Shown here one piece after another: positions 45,601 to 58,082 of a DNA stretch of 64,000 nt. The stretch covers positions 2,365,331-2,429,330 of the forward strand of contig CM074819.1 in NCBI GenBank assembly GCA_037447605.1, written 5' to 3'. This DNA is from Zygnema circumcarinatum SAG 698-1b (Eukaryota > Plantae > Zygnematophyceae). The notes beneath the pieces are model-generated. The model was not told where the DNA came from and searched no databases. It saw nothing but the letters and a program-made list of their open reading frames with translations. The position numbers and the translations under genes are program-made. Position 1 is the stretch's first letter, and every line of letters begins with the position of its first letter.

Positions 45601-46424
45601 GTCAGACCGAAGTGTCTTGACCTTGAGGCCGGTCTCCCTCTCCACCTCAAGCTGCCACTTCTTGAATGCATCAAAAGCCTCACTTTTGCTCTCTAGCATC
45701 CGCACCCAAACCTTCCGAGAAAAGTCATCCAAGAATGTAATGAAGTACCTCGAGCCTCCATTGCTTGTGGGAGTAATCGGTCCACACAAGTCACTATGGA
45801 TGAGCTCGAGCTTCTCCTTGGCTCGGCTCTCCTCGGTACTCCGGTGGCTGAAAGGCTGGCGGTGAGCCTTTCCAGCGAGGCAGTCTTCGCAGACTCCTTC
45901 CTTCGCTCCCTTCATCCGCATCCTGATGCCTCGTACAAGGCGCTTGTTCACCAGCGTCTTCAAGCTTTGAAAGCCTAAGTGGCCCATTCTCCGGTGCCAC
46001 AAAGCTGCCGCTGGATTTTCAGAGATAGTNNNNNNNNNNCGCCGCGCGGGAGCTCAGCTCGGGAGGCCGCCATGGGGAGGGGAGCGTCCGTACCGAAACT
46101 CCCTTCCGAAAGCTCCTCTGTCGCTCCGAACCTTCCGCGCTCCTTCGCGTCTCCAATAATCCGTACTAAGCTAACTCGAAGCCGCGCGACCTATCGTCGC
46201 GCGCCACGTGTATACACAACACTTATAAAACCTAAGCGGACTCCACTGGTGGCGCGGCCTATCGCCGCCCGCCACGTGTCCTATTTAAACCCGAAACGTC
46301 GTCCGACTCAGAACAGCGCTCTAGCGCACTGTTCAGACTGTGACCGTATCTATCAAGGACCGCCGACATCGGCTAAGGACCGTAAAGTGTACTACCTCGT
46401 ACTATACCCCTATTGTACACTACA
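39633..46424 (-). mobile_element. Young Ty1/copia element with 5-bp TSD; as assembled it has three LTR copies (39633-40023 partial, 43671-44493 complete, 46040-46424 partial)
   Basis: TSD GCTTG at 39628-39632 and 46425-46429; TG...CA ends; PBS TGGTATCAGAGC (43658-43669); PPT GAGAGGGGGAA (44494-44504). Confidence 0.92.
40034..43719 (-). CDS. Copia Gag-Pol polyprotein (gag, 2 CCHC knuckles, protease, integrase, RT); cut by an N gap
   Basis: CFTCGKPGHLSTEC, WLIDSGASKHMC, LWHRRMGH, IHSDLCGP, LRSDNGGEY, QLDIKTAFLYG, IYVDDLII in one frame. Confidence 0.95.
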
Positions 46425-46760
46425 GCTTGAAGCAGGGCGGGAGGGAGGGAAGCAGGGAGGGAGGGAGGGAAGCAGAGAGCGAGGGAGGAGAGGGAGTGGA
46501 GGGAAGGGGGGAGAAAGGCGAAGGGCTGGTTATTACTGACGTTTGAAATGACGTCAGCATAGGTACCCATCTCCTGTCAGAAGGCTCTTCGGTCGATCGT
46601 GCGGCTGACTTTGAGGGATCGGACAAAAATGTATGGCGGGACCGCCGACCTTCGGAGTGCGTGAGAGGTTGACTTTTAGGCGATTTCGATGCGTACGTCC
46701 GATCTGATCGGATTCGAATCTTGAACGATTTGGCGCCGTCGGCTGGTCGCCATTCATGAG

Positions 46761-47145
46761 TAGGGATGGCCCGCGTTATAAATTCCGAATATATTATATA
46801 ATTTACAACGGGTTTAAAATTAGTAATATATTACAAAGTAAAACACTTTATTACATATATTATACCCACTCGCTTTGAACAATTAATGACCGTACGACCG
46901 TACTCTCACGGTCGTACGGTCGTACCATACCAAAATTAGGTCGTTTTGGCGTTGGCGTTGCGAAATGCGTTCGTCTGGTTTTTTCTGTCTGCTCGTGCTC
47001 GGGCCGCATAATACCGTACAGTCGTACGATCGTACGACCGTACATATTGTAAAGGCGTTGTAAATTATTATGTATCAGCCGTTATCTATTCGTCACAGTT
47101 GTATAATATAATATATATTATATAATCGTAACTAATCCATCCCTA
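46761..47145. mobile_element. Non-autonomous hAT-type MITE (385 bp)
   Basis: Termini TAGGGATGG / CCATCCCTA; perfect 8-bp TSD TTCATGAG (46753-46760, 47146-47153); internal CGTACGAC repeats. Confidence 0.9.
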
Positions 47146-47440
47146 TTCATGAGTGGTCCATTCCACGATTTTGCGGGTGGGAGGTTTGCGGCCTTGAACC
47201 ACGTCCCGGACTCTATAAATCGCAGGTGTCCACAACAGCGAATCGGACGGCCAAACGCGTCCCAATCGGCGCATCGCACGGCGGCGATTCGCCGCACACC
47301 TGGCCCTTGATCCCCGTCCCGGGTCCCGCGAGAACGAGGGGCCGACAAGCAGCGGCAGATCGGACGGCCTAGCGTGACTCGATCTCCGCCGCCCGCCCGC
47401 GTTCACTTGAGCCTTCTATTGAAAAAGACGGAGTGGACAT

Positions 47441-50321
47441 TGTACGATCAAAGTGAGGACAGAGAGAGTTGACACAAAAGACAGATGTGTGATTAACGTG
47501 GTAAAAAGTACAATGTCCTAATCTGTTTTATATACATTGCGGCTAGAGCTACACGACAAAAGAGTGTGGAACTAGCCTGAGTAAGGGCGGCTAGGTGTAA
47601 GCACAGAGCCGCAAAAGCACAACTAAACTAACAGAGAAAGTACAAGCTAAAAGGACAGCCAGGTGTAAGTACATGTGGCTGGGAAAACGACAAAATAGTA
47701 CGACAAAACTGAGAATGTCGGATTCTCAACACTCCCTCTCATTCGAAAGTGTGGAGTCCGGCAGAAGAGCGGTGAAGCTCAAAAGCTGGCCGATGTAAGG
47801 CCTTGGTAAGAAAATCGGCGGTTTGCTTGCCGGTAGGACAGTAGAGGAAGGTAAGGGTGCCGCCTTCAATCTTGTCCCGAAAGTGAAGTGGAACTCTGAA
47901 TGTCGGCGTGTCGGTACGCTGATGGTGCACGGGTTTTGCATGAGGGCAAGGGCACCTTGAGAGTCCGTGAAGACGGTGGTAGCGTAAGGGGGAGGGAAGG
48001 TGAGGTTGGAGAGGAGGGATCGGAGCCAAACAGCCTCTTTGGCAGCAGTGGAGGCGGCCATATACTCTGCTTCAGTGGAGGATGTGGCCACTGTAGGCTG
48101 CTTCCGAGAGGACCATGAAATAAGGCCACTGCCCAGAGAAAAACATGAGCCAGTAACCGAACGCCTTGTGTCGGGGTCACTGCCCCAGTCAGAGTCACAA
48201 TAGCCAACGAGGGGTGGGGAGCGTAGAGAGCAGGCGTTCAGGCCTTGTGCCCCGGCGGTAATCGGCGACACGCTTGGCCAAGGGAGCGTAAGAGGGCAAA
48301 GGAAGGTATTGTTTACGTTCTACAAATGCGCCAGGTCGGCCGGTACAATAAATATTGTATACATAAGGGATCCCACGATGGATCCGGTAAGTGGCATGCT
48401 TTCAGTGGGGTGGAGCGACCACAAAGGGGAGGTAAGGTGAATGTGTAAGGCGTCGGGGGTGGAGATGGGGTTGCAAGCGCCATCCCAAAACGGCCGGGCG
48501 AGATCGAAACATACTTTTCCCGACCGAGGTGAAGGGTCCGAGCAGCCCGATCTCGAATGACGTGAATCCCGAGACACCATTGCAGTTCGCCGAGGTCCGT
48601 CATGTCAAAATGGCTGCGAAGGAGCTGTTTGACATCCGAAATGGGGGAAAGGGAGGGACCACAGATAATGAGGTCATCAACGTAAACGGCAAGGATGGTG
48701 AGGGTCTGACCGTGGCCACGAAGATAGATGCTGAAATCGGCGTCGATGCGAGTGAAGCCGCTGGCAAGAAGGACAGCATCCAAAGTGCGGTTCCAGACGC
48801 GTGGTGCTTGCCGGAGGCCGTAGATGGATTTGTTGAGGCGGCAGAAGAGGTGTTCGGTGCCGGGAGTGACATACCCGTCGGGTTGGCGCATAAAGATCGT
48901 TTCTTGAAGGTCCCCGTAGAGGAATGCGGTTTTGACATCCATCTGGTGAATTTCCCAATCGTGGGTGGCGGAGAGAGCAAGGAGGACGCGAATGGAGGTG
49001 AATTTGGCCACCGGGGCATAAGTTTCGGTGAAGTCGATGCCTTCAAGCTGAGAGAACCCCTTGGCTACAAAACGGGCTTTATAGCGGTCAACCGAGCCGT
49101 CGGATTTTTGTTTGATTTTAAATACCCATTTAGAGCCGATGGCGCGACGACCGGGTGGGAGGGGGACAAGGTCCCACGTCTTGTTTTTCTGAAGGGAGAG
49201 GAATTCAGCATCAGCGGCAGCTTTCCAGAGGGCTGCGTCAGGGGTGCGAAGGGCGGCAGCAAAAGTAGGGGGGGCAGACGAGGAGGCGACGAAGGCCATG
49301 GCGGAGGAAAGGAGGGCATGGGCGGCAGTGTCGATAATTTTCCACGTGGGTCGCCGATCGCGAGTGCCGTGGCGGGGGGCAGGGCCGGGGGGAACCGGAA
49401 GGGAGAGTGCCGGAGGGTAGGGTGGCGGGGAGGTCGCAACGGGTGAAGGGGGAGGGGAGTCGGGTAGGCCGGGAGAGGGCGCGAGGGGGGAAAAAAAAGG
49501 AGGGGGGCCTCGTAGCCGGGAGGGAGGGTTCCCGCTGGCCCAGCTGGTGGTGGCGGGAAAAGCTCTCTAAAATGTAAGAGGGAGGGCCGAAAGCATGTGA
49601 GGACGCAGGGGAGGGGAGCGGGGAGGGGGCCGCACGGAGGGGACGTGCTGGGGCACCGGGCGAGGTGAAAGGGAGGGGCGACCGGTATGGACAAAAAGAA
49701 TGCTCAAGGCCAATGGGAGCGTGTTTGGGGATAATTGATATCCTGACGTCACGTGAGGTAGGGAATCGCATTTCCGCCGCAAGATTTGAGGTCGGCGGGG
49801 AGGAAGTTGGCGGGGGTACGGCCGTGATCGGTGGCAAATGGAGCCGTGCGACGAGGGGAGCCTCATTTAATGCGACGTCGCGGGAAATTACAATTCGATT
49901 CGTCGCACAACACTAGATACGAGAGGCCTTGGACGTGAGCGCGTAGCCAAGGAAAATACCGCGTACGGCCCACGGTCCCCATTTGCCAGACGACTGGACG
50001 AGATCTTTGTACCAGGCCTCGCAGCCAAAGATACGGAGGTGGGAGACGGAGGGCTTGCCGCCCTGCCAGGCCTCGTAGGGAGTGCTGTGAGGAAGGGCAG
50101 AGGTGGGGGAAAGGTTCTGAAGGTAAGTGGCCGTGGAGATGGCTTCCGCCCGTGCCATAGGAGGTCGGAAAAAATGAAGCATAGAGCTTAGCCATGTCGA
50201 ATGGTGCGTTAAAACCGCTCGGCTTAACGCATTTTGCCGTGTAGGAGCGAAGTCCGATGGGTGATGCCGTGGAAGGCGAAGGTATTGAGAAGGCGTGAAC
50301 ATAAACTGCCGCCGCTATCAG
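47441..50321 (-). mobile_element. 3' half of a second Ty1/copia family: integrase end, RT, RNase H, PPT, short LTR (~47441-47729; left LTR boundary approximate)
   Basis: [47 protein letters not shown]; PPT GAGAGGGAG next to TGTTGAG; frameshifted. Confidence 0.88.
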
Positions 50322-50449
50322 TGTAACAACCCGCTAACTACAAGGTTTAAACACCACCCTCCCGTACTCCACACCAGTGCTTTACCATTAAAAGGCAACC
50401 GCGGATGTAAGTACTAGGCCATACAACACATGTATAGCGTTTCGCTACA
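50322..50449 (-). mobile_element. Short (128-bp) gypsy LTR, nearly identical in part to 61133-61262
   Basis: TGTAGCGAAACGCTA...GTTGTTACA; PPT GGTGGGGAGGAA adjacent at 50450-50461. Confidence 0.85.
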
Positions 50450-50642
50450 TTCCTCCCCACCTAAACCGGGCTCGTCCTCGAGCGCACTCAAGGGTTTTCA
50501 CGAGCAGCGTTCAAGCTCCTTCAACACATGGACTACGGCCTTAGCCCCTCAGGCCACTAAGGAGCGGGTTCCGTACCATGCTCAGAGATCACGGTGTTTT
50601 TAGGGTGGATTACAAATACCGGGCATTAGGCTCTGATACCAA

Positions 50643-53600
50643 TGTAACAACCTGCCCCCTGGCAGGCTGCTCTGAGAGTCTAAGTGTCAAGAGAGGAAGA
50701 GAGAGGGAGAGAGGAGCGTGAGCTCAATGCTGGTACAAAGAGCTCGGATGGTCTCCCATCCGGCGCAGCCCCCCTTGCCTCCCCCGCTGGAAATTCTCGC
50801 ACTGCAAAGATGGAGGACCGAGCGGATCGCCTAATCAGAGCCCGCCAAGGCGGAGCGGGAGATCCTTAGCCACTGATCGCTGGCGACAAGCCCGCGGGTC
50901 TCGCCGCATCTCACGGGCGCCGTAGCGACGCCGCTGCCGTGCAGCTACGGCGCATCGCTAAGTGGCGACAGAGCCAGATTCCGTCACCGCCCATAAGGAA
51001 GCACGGACGTACTTAGCCAAAAGATGCCACCGCATTCGCTGGGTCGCTACCGCTGCGGCGGCGCCGACGTAGTGCGCGCCGCCGTATCTTCCGGGCCGCT
51101 GATCCGTGATGTGCCGGGTTCGCCCCGCACCGCATGACGACCAAGACGTCCAAAGAGATCCCTTGCCCGCTAGTGATCGAGCCCAAGACCCTCATGTCTT
51201 GGGCAGCCGGCCCCTATCCTATCCTAAGTGCCGTGACAGCGGCAGCCATAGTATCACTACGAGTACCCGCGGTCACGTCAGAAGCGCACGCTTACATTAC
51301 TTCCTCGTGGAAAGATGTGAACGCCTGCTCATCGGGAATATATCTTGGCGTTCAAGAGTTTAAGAGGTAATGCCACTGCCTCAAGGGGTGTACCTGAGGG
51401 CTCATTGTTAATCCCGGCCGCCTTTCCTCGGAAGTAAATACATGGACGTTCGGGAACCCCCTAGTCAGCCAACACCAACCGGGTTCAAGGCCTCCCAAAG
51501 CATAATCTCAAGAGCTCCGCGGGTAATTTGTCGATTGCTCTCAATGCTCCCACGCATATGTTCAACCCCATAGCCCAACCATTTCACGAGATATTCGGCG
51601 GAAGTCTGACTCTCCACAGTCCTCGGGTTTGATGGCTCTACCATACCGAGGTCACCTCAACTTCCACCGAGGGGTGTGGTTGGACTTTCCCATCGCTGCG
51701 GTATGCCTTAAGAAGACCCACATGAAAGACCGGATGCACTTTCATATGAGCCGGTAAAGCCAACCGGTAAGCGACCTCACCGATTCGCTTCACGACCGAA
51801 AAAGGTCCCATGAAGCGAGGCCACAACTTACGGGTTCCGCCGTAAGTCTTCAGGCGCAAGTTCGCCGTACTCAGCAGTACCTGATCGCCTACAGCGAAGG
51901 TTAATGCAACACGACGACGATCAGCATAGGCTTTCTGCCGCGACTGGGCTGCTAACAGGGTCTGCCTTGCCCTCTGTAACGCCTCGGACATTTTCCGAGT
52001 GAAAGCACTAACGGCGGGAGGTTGACTCCCGCCAGCTCCTCTCATGCCCCAAGGATCCGGGAGCCTGTGAACATCCATGTTCCACAAATCAGGCTGCTGA
52101 TCTCTTGGCTGCAGGGGATTTAGAGGATGCTGACCAAAGTTCAAAAAGAATGGAGTGGTACCGATTGATTCCTGGAATGCATTATTAATGGCGTACTCAG
52201 CCACCGGGAGCAGTTCATCCCATCCATCCGGGATGGGTCCCACATAATGCCTCAAATAGTCTTCCAGAATCCGGTTAACCCTCTCCGTCTGCCCATCTGT
52301 CTGAGGGTGGAAGGCTGTACTCATAGCCTGCTTAGTCCCGATAATGTTGGTGCAAGGGGCAGCAAGAAAGGAAAGACACAAGGAAAGGGCAACACATGCC
52401 CTGGGTATCAGAGCTCAAAACTTTTCTTTTGCTTCTCCTTGGGCCACATACCGCTCCGCTACGATATGCTACGCGTCCACCTCTCACCAGGTGCGCACAG
52501 CGGAAAACTAAAACACCCCACCTCAACAAGTGAACTTCTTCATCTCCTCCATGGTCTCGCCCTCAACTCCACGCCCTCCAATGATCTCCTCGTGTGGAGC
52601 AACACACCTTCATACAATGAATGCCTCCACTCATCCACCACGCTAATCCAACACGAGGACTCACATGACAGATGATACAATAGTAAGGAGAAAGCCCACG
52701 GCCCTAAAACTCCTTAAACTTCATGAGTGTAATACAAGCTCTTGAGGAAATCTACATAGATCCCTTATGCTAGATTCTCCTCCTCACATGAGCACTATCC
52801 TATCCTCTCATAGATAGCCTACACCCCAACTGCAGTAGCCAAGCACTACTCGCCTCCATGAACTCCTCCTCTACCTCAACACATGAGGGACACATCATCT
52901 AACTTCTTCACTAAAGCTTAGCATGATGAGAGCTAGTTCCTTCACGACCTTCATACACAAGGCCGACTCTCTAGGCTCACTACTCTTCCTATACAACAAC
53001 GGTCGAAAGCAGCATAACATTCGGGAGAGGGAGCGGAGAGTAGAGATGCTTGCTCCTCTTAAACTATGGCGGCCGGCGTGATGTGACACCCATGTCACGT
53101 CACAGGCGCATTCAGCGTTTACGGTAACAGCCAGCGTCGCTCAACGTGCCAGCTACTACAGTTTCAATGTACCAGCTACGTCCACGTGAAACTCACGCCA
53201 GCATCCTACCCACGAAGGTTGTCCAGACTGCTCACGCTCGCCGCACACGCCCCAGCCGCATGTCAGCCTCCTCAGTTAAGATCCTGACTCGTCCCTTCTC
53301 GCTGACTCGCTGCATCAGCCGACCCACTAAGGGTCCGGGCAATGCCACGTGCCACCTCCTCATATCTTCACATCTCCAATCTCTTCAACCGACTTCCGCG
53401 TCACGTCACGCCCAAGACTGCTTCTCGCTATCCGGCGACGCTGGCGCCACCTCCTCAATCATGTCGCCGCAGATCCGCCGCCAAATATCTCCTCCGGGCT
53501 GGGCCCATTTGTTTCCCGCTAAGGTCAGTCTCTGCATAGCCACGCCACCGTCCGGGTGACGTCAGCCCTTTTTCGGGTCAAGCAATATTCCGCGGCACTT

Positions 53601-55177
53601 TGGTACGGTCTAAGCCTAAGCCGTAATTCTACGACCCTAGACCTTCCCTAGACCTGCCGTACCATGCCCTAATTATACGGGCACCCCCAATGTTCGGTCC
53701 TACACCAAACATGACCATTCATACATGACATTGTCCCTATACCACCACATTGATGTCCCGGACAACATTCATGCTAGGAACTAAGTACCAACACCTTGAT
53801 GTACCCTATACATCAACAGATAATACGGAGGATTTCTTTCCAGAAATGCCCTGTGAATCGGGTATCACGATCCGAGATGATCTCAGATTGAAGTCCATGT
53901 TGACTCCAGACCTTGTCAACGTAGAGTCGTGCGATTTCATCGGCTCCAGCTGTCTTAGCAGTGGGTGCAAAGTGCACCATCTTGCTGAGCCGGTCAACGA
54001 ACACGAGGATGGAGTCAAAACCCCTAGCTGTCACAGGTAAGTCTGTGATCAAGTCCATGCCTACACTCTCCCACTTCCTGTAAGGAGGTGTGAGCGGTTG
54101 TAGCAAGCCCGTCACTTTCCCTGTGCGGGGCTTATCCCGTTGACAAGTAGGGCATGCGAGTACATACGCCTCCACGTCCGCTGTAATTCCGGGCCACCAG
54201 AATTCTCGGAGCAGTGCTTCACGGGTTTTGGCAACTCCCATATGGCCTCTGTACGGAGGATCGTGCATCTCACTCAGTATGAGCTGCCGTACAGATCCAG
54301 CCTTGGGTACGACTAACTGCTTATCGTGGTACCAAAAACCGTCCCGAAGCACGAGCTTGTTCTTATAGCCATTGCCTTGGCCGTCCAGGAACAAAGGATC
54401 ACCAGTGTACCCCTCCTGAATCATCTGTCTGAAATCAGAGAGAGCAGGAGGGTTGACTGCGTCACTGGTGGAGGGGTTTATGACAAAACATACTGGAGAT
54501 GTAAACGCTGGGTTGGTCGTCTTCTGCCTCCACCATCTCGCACTCACCAACACTGAAGTCGCACAGCACCATCCAGTTAGATGATCGGGTTGCCCGCCAG
54601 TGGGTCCGCCACATTCAGCCTCGCTAGGCCTCGTGATACCCACTTGCAAATAACCGCTGGAGGAACTCAGACCAGCGGCTCACGCCGACAGAGTTTGCCG
54701 AGAGTGAGAGGGTACGCCAGTGGACGGTGGTCTGTGACCAGCGTGACTGCCACCGCTCCCTCCAAATAGCAACGCCATGTCCTCAGGGCGTGAACAACGG
54801 CCAAGAGCTCCTGCTCTGTGGCTGAGTAGTTTCGCTCAGCTGGGTTCATCTTGCGACTTTCATACGCAAGTGGTTGGTCGTCTTGGAACAAGACCGCACC
54901 CAAAGCGAACCCAGAGGCGTCACATACCACCTCATATGGTAACGTGGGATCAGCCAACCTCAACGTAGGTGCTGTCACAAGCGCATGTCTAACACCATCA
55001 AAGGCCGCCTGGCACTCTGGTGTCCATGCATAAGCGACACCGGAACGTGTCAAATTGGTAAGCGGAGTTACCAACTTACTAAAGCCTTGGATAAATTTAC
55101 GAAAATAATTTGCAAATCCAAGAAAACATCGCAACTGATGAAGATCAGTCGGTACTGCCCATGTCTTAACAGCAGAC
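50643..55177 (-). mobile_element. 3' half of a chromovirus: LTR ~50643-51295, chromodomain, integrase (split by a solo LTR), RNase H/RT end
   Basis: STAFHPQTDGQTERVNR, GHMGVAKT...CPTCQ, WESVGMDLITDLP, CDASGFALGAVL, YLVKWLGY; LTR homologous to 62027-62680. Confidence 0.87.
52345..53818 (-). mobile_element. 1474-bp solo LTR (copia-like) inserted in the gypsy integrase
   Basis: TGTTG...CCAACA ends; 5-bp TSD GATAA (52340-52344, 53819-53823); removal restores FWKEILRIIGTKQAMSTAF. Confidence 0.88.
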
Positions 55178-58072
55178 TGTTGATGCAGCGGCCTCCGTGC
55201 GAGGTGCTGCCACTTCTCCTCTACCCTCGGTAGAACTCGACATCTTCAATGACTTGTTCAATCACACTCTTCAAGGATGTGGACACACAACAATACTGAA
55301 TGCAATAGAACAGATCAGCGGAATGAAGAAGATGTAAGGAGAAAGCCTCCAGCCTAAAACTCCTTAAGTTAAAGATGAATACAACTTGACAACTCTAGAG
55401 CCAAGCTTCAAGCACCTAAACTCAAGCTATGTGAATACACCACCCCACTACAAGCTGAACTCTTCCCACTATCTTCCAGGCCCAAAGCAAGATAGCCTCA
55501 CGTCCCCAATGTGAGTCACGAGAAGGTTAACACCTACAAAACAAACCTCCATAATATACTACCATGGCCGTGTGACGTGACACTAGATGTCACGTCACGC
55601 TCACCATTGCTAGCCCTTGCATTCGGCAAAGCGGCAAGACCAAACTAGGACCCTCTGAGAACAGTCTAAGTAAACCCTCTGAGACACCGACCAGCAGTTC
55701 TTTCTGCCCGTGCGAGGATCCTCTCTGCTTTCGTCGAGTCCCCTTTGACTTGTTTTAGGCCGCCGACTCTCTTTTTACCCGTGCAGCTCAAACTTTCCAA
55801 GCGGGCCCACTAATAAGGTATTTACGTGTTACTTCGGTCGCCGTAACTTTCGCCCGCCAGCGCCACCGACTTAGCATCGGCGTCCCTGCATGATCGGCGC
55901 CGCGACAATGTCAGTCAGCGTCAGGTACTCTGGCGTCCGTCGCGTCGGCGCTTCGACCAATCAGCACTCCGACTCACGCGCCGTACACCCGCGCGCCGCT
56001 CCGTACACCTGTTTTCCGGCCAGATCTTTGTGCGCGTGCTACGCGCACACCCCAAAAAGGCCTGTACGGTCGCTAAGGCGGTCCTTCATGCAATTCGGAC
56101 ACTATGAGCACACCCCTAAGAACTTAGTACCAAATAACTTAGTGTATTACAAGTTCCTAACTAGCCTAACACTAACAATCCCCCTCTTGGTACTTAGTTC
56201 CCCATGGGGCCTAGTTCCATGAGACCACTACTGTTCCATAGTGTCCCACAACCACGTGTATGCTCCCTTGTCCTAACAAGCTGCCCCCTCTTGATCTCAA
56301 GGCCCGAGAGTTCATCTTCCCCCTCTTGATCTTGACTTGGTCGCCTTCCATATTCGATCCTGGGCGCTTCCGCTGAACTCCCCATAGGTCCAGCAACCGG
56401 GTAATCCTTTGTAGTTGTAGCCTTGTGCTCAGGCTGCTCCACTACCTTGGGTTGAAAGGACCCCTCCACTTCAACTCCATCCTTGCTTGGATGCAACAAG
56501 CCCTTGTTCCCGGCCTCCTTGGAGCTCACTAACTCTGAGTGAACCTGGAATTCGCACACATTCTCACCACCACTAATGTCCACCCTTTCGGTGATGGGTC
56601 TTTCAACCCCCTTAGCCTGGCTATCTGAAATATCGTTGCCGAAATAATCCCCTGCTCCCCTTAGCCTCAATGCTTGCTCTAGCATCCCCTTTCCTTCTCC
56701 AAGCTGGTCTGGATCTATCTTATGGTGAATGGGTTCTTCTACAGGGTCCTTGGCGGGACTGCTCAGCCCTTGAGCCTCCTTCCACTCTAGAAAGTAAAGC
56801 CCACCTTGCTGAATTCCCTTGCACAAGACCTGCCCTGTCTCCTTGTGAATAACCTCACAACTACCCTTCTCAAACCATACTCCATAGTCCTCTTCACACA
56901 GCTGACTAACAGAGAGGAAATTAATCTGTAGTCCGGGAGTATGCAGTACGTTACCAACGTTGACAACCCTCTGCGTGCTTCCCTCCCCGAGCACATCCAA
57001 CTTGATTGTTCCACTTTGCGTCACCATGACCCCTTCTCCCGTTGCCGAGTAGACCGAGCGGGTTCCCTCCAAATTCTGCTTCTCTTCAAAGAGTGAGTCG
57101 TCCACGCACATGTGCCTTGAAGCACCGGAATCAATCACCCAAGGTCTCGCTGAATCTTCAACTCGAACACACCCAACGAACTCGTCATCACTTCCCCAAT
57201 CTGTGAACATCAAATTCGTCTCGTGAATCCTCTTGCGATCATCTTTGGGATACCTGCCATCACCCCCCCTCCCTTCTTGCTCCTTCAAAGCATCTCCATT
57301 TGAGGGTGAACCGCCTCTCTGAAATTCGGGGCAGTTCCTCTTGAAGTGACCGGGCTTCCCACAAGAGTAGCAAGTCTTCTGAGTCTTCAGCTCTCCACCA
57401 TCCTTGGCTGCGTTTGGTCCCTTGCCGTTCTTGTATGGGCGCGCTGTTGCCCCATACACCTTCTCCGAACTTGACTTGTACTGCTTCTTGTCCTGAAGAC
57501 CATCCTCCTCTACCACTCTCCTCTTGACCTGCTCAAAGGTCATCTTTGCTGTAGAAAGCTGAGTGCGTAGGGCAGTGCAAGCAGGGTCAAATCTGTCCGG
57601 CAAGCCTCCTAGGAATAGACTAATCTTGTGATCCAAGTGAAGGGGCTGCTTCATCCCATCAAACTTTTGCATCAGATTATCAAATTTGATCACATAGTCT
57701 TTAAGATCCTCCCCTGATTCCAAGCTGAGTTTTCCTAGCTCCGTGTAGAGATAAACTACAGTGGCGTTATCTACTACATCATAGATCTTCTCTAACGTAT
57801 CCCACATCTCTCGAGCTGTCTTTAACTCTGAAATCAGATCTGTAGGCTCCTCACTAACGCCAGCACAAAGCAAGGTCCTAACCTTACAATCCTTCACCCT
57901 CCACTGCTCAAACTCTACAGGGTTGGTCTCCGAATCCGGGGCCACAATGGAGCCATCCACATACCCCAACAGTCGCTTGTTCTCCAGCACCGTGAGTATG
58001 CGAAACTTCCACCGCTTGTAGTTCTTCCCATTGAACGCTGGAATGGTAAACTTCACGTCTTCAACGCCGTCG
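55178..58072 (-). mobile_element. Copia-derived gag-protease-only element: ORF to 56194, PPT 56178-56188, 1000-bp LTR 55178-56177; 5' end lost in a gap
   Basis: IPAFNGKNYKRWKF, CYSCGKPGHFKRNC, WVIDSGASRHMC; the ORF stops 6 bp before the PPT; no INT/RT/RH and no N in between. Confidence 0.85.
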
Positions 58073-58082
58073 NNNNNNNNNN

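Noticed and set aside
46548-46590. Native upstream micro-exon (EMGTYADVISN) of the START gene
   Set aside because: Splice-like sites exist, but the peptide does not resemble the expected START sequence and the phase does not fit the candidate next exon.
46579-47417. TIR element bounded by AGAAGGCTC / GAGCCTTCT
   Set aside because: 9-bp match only and no target duplication.
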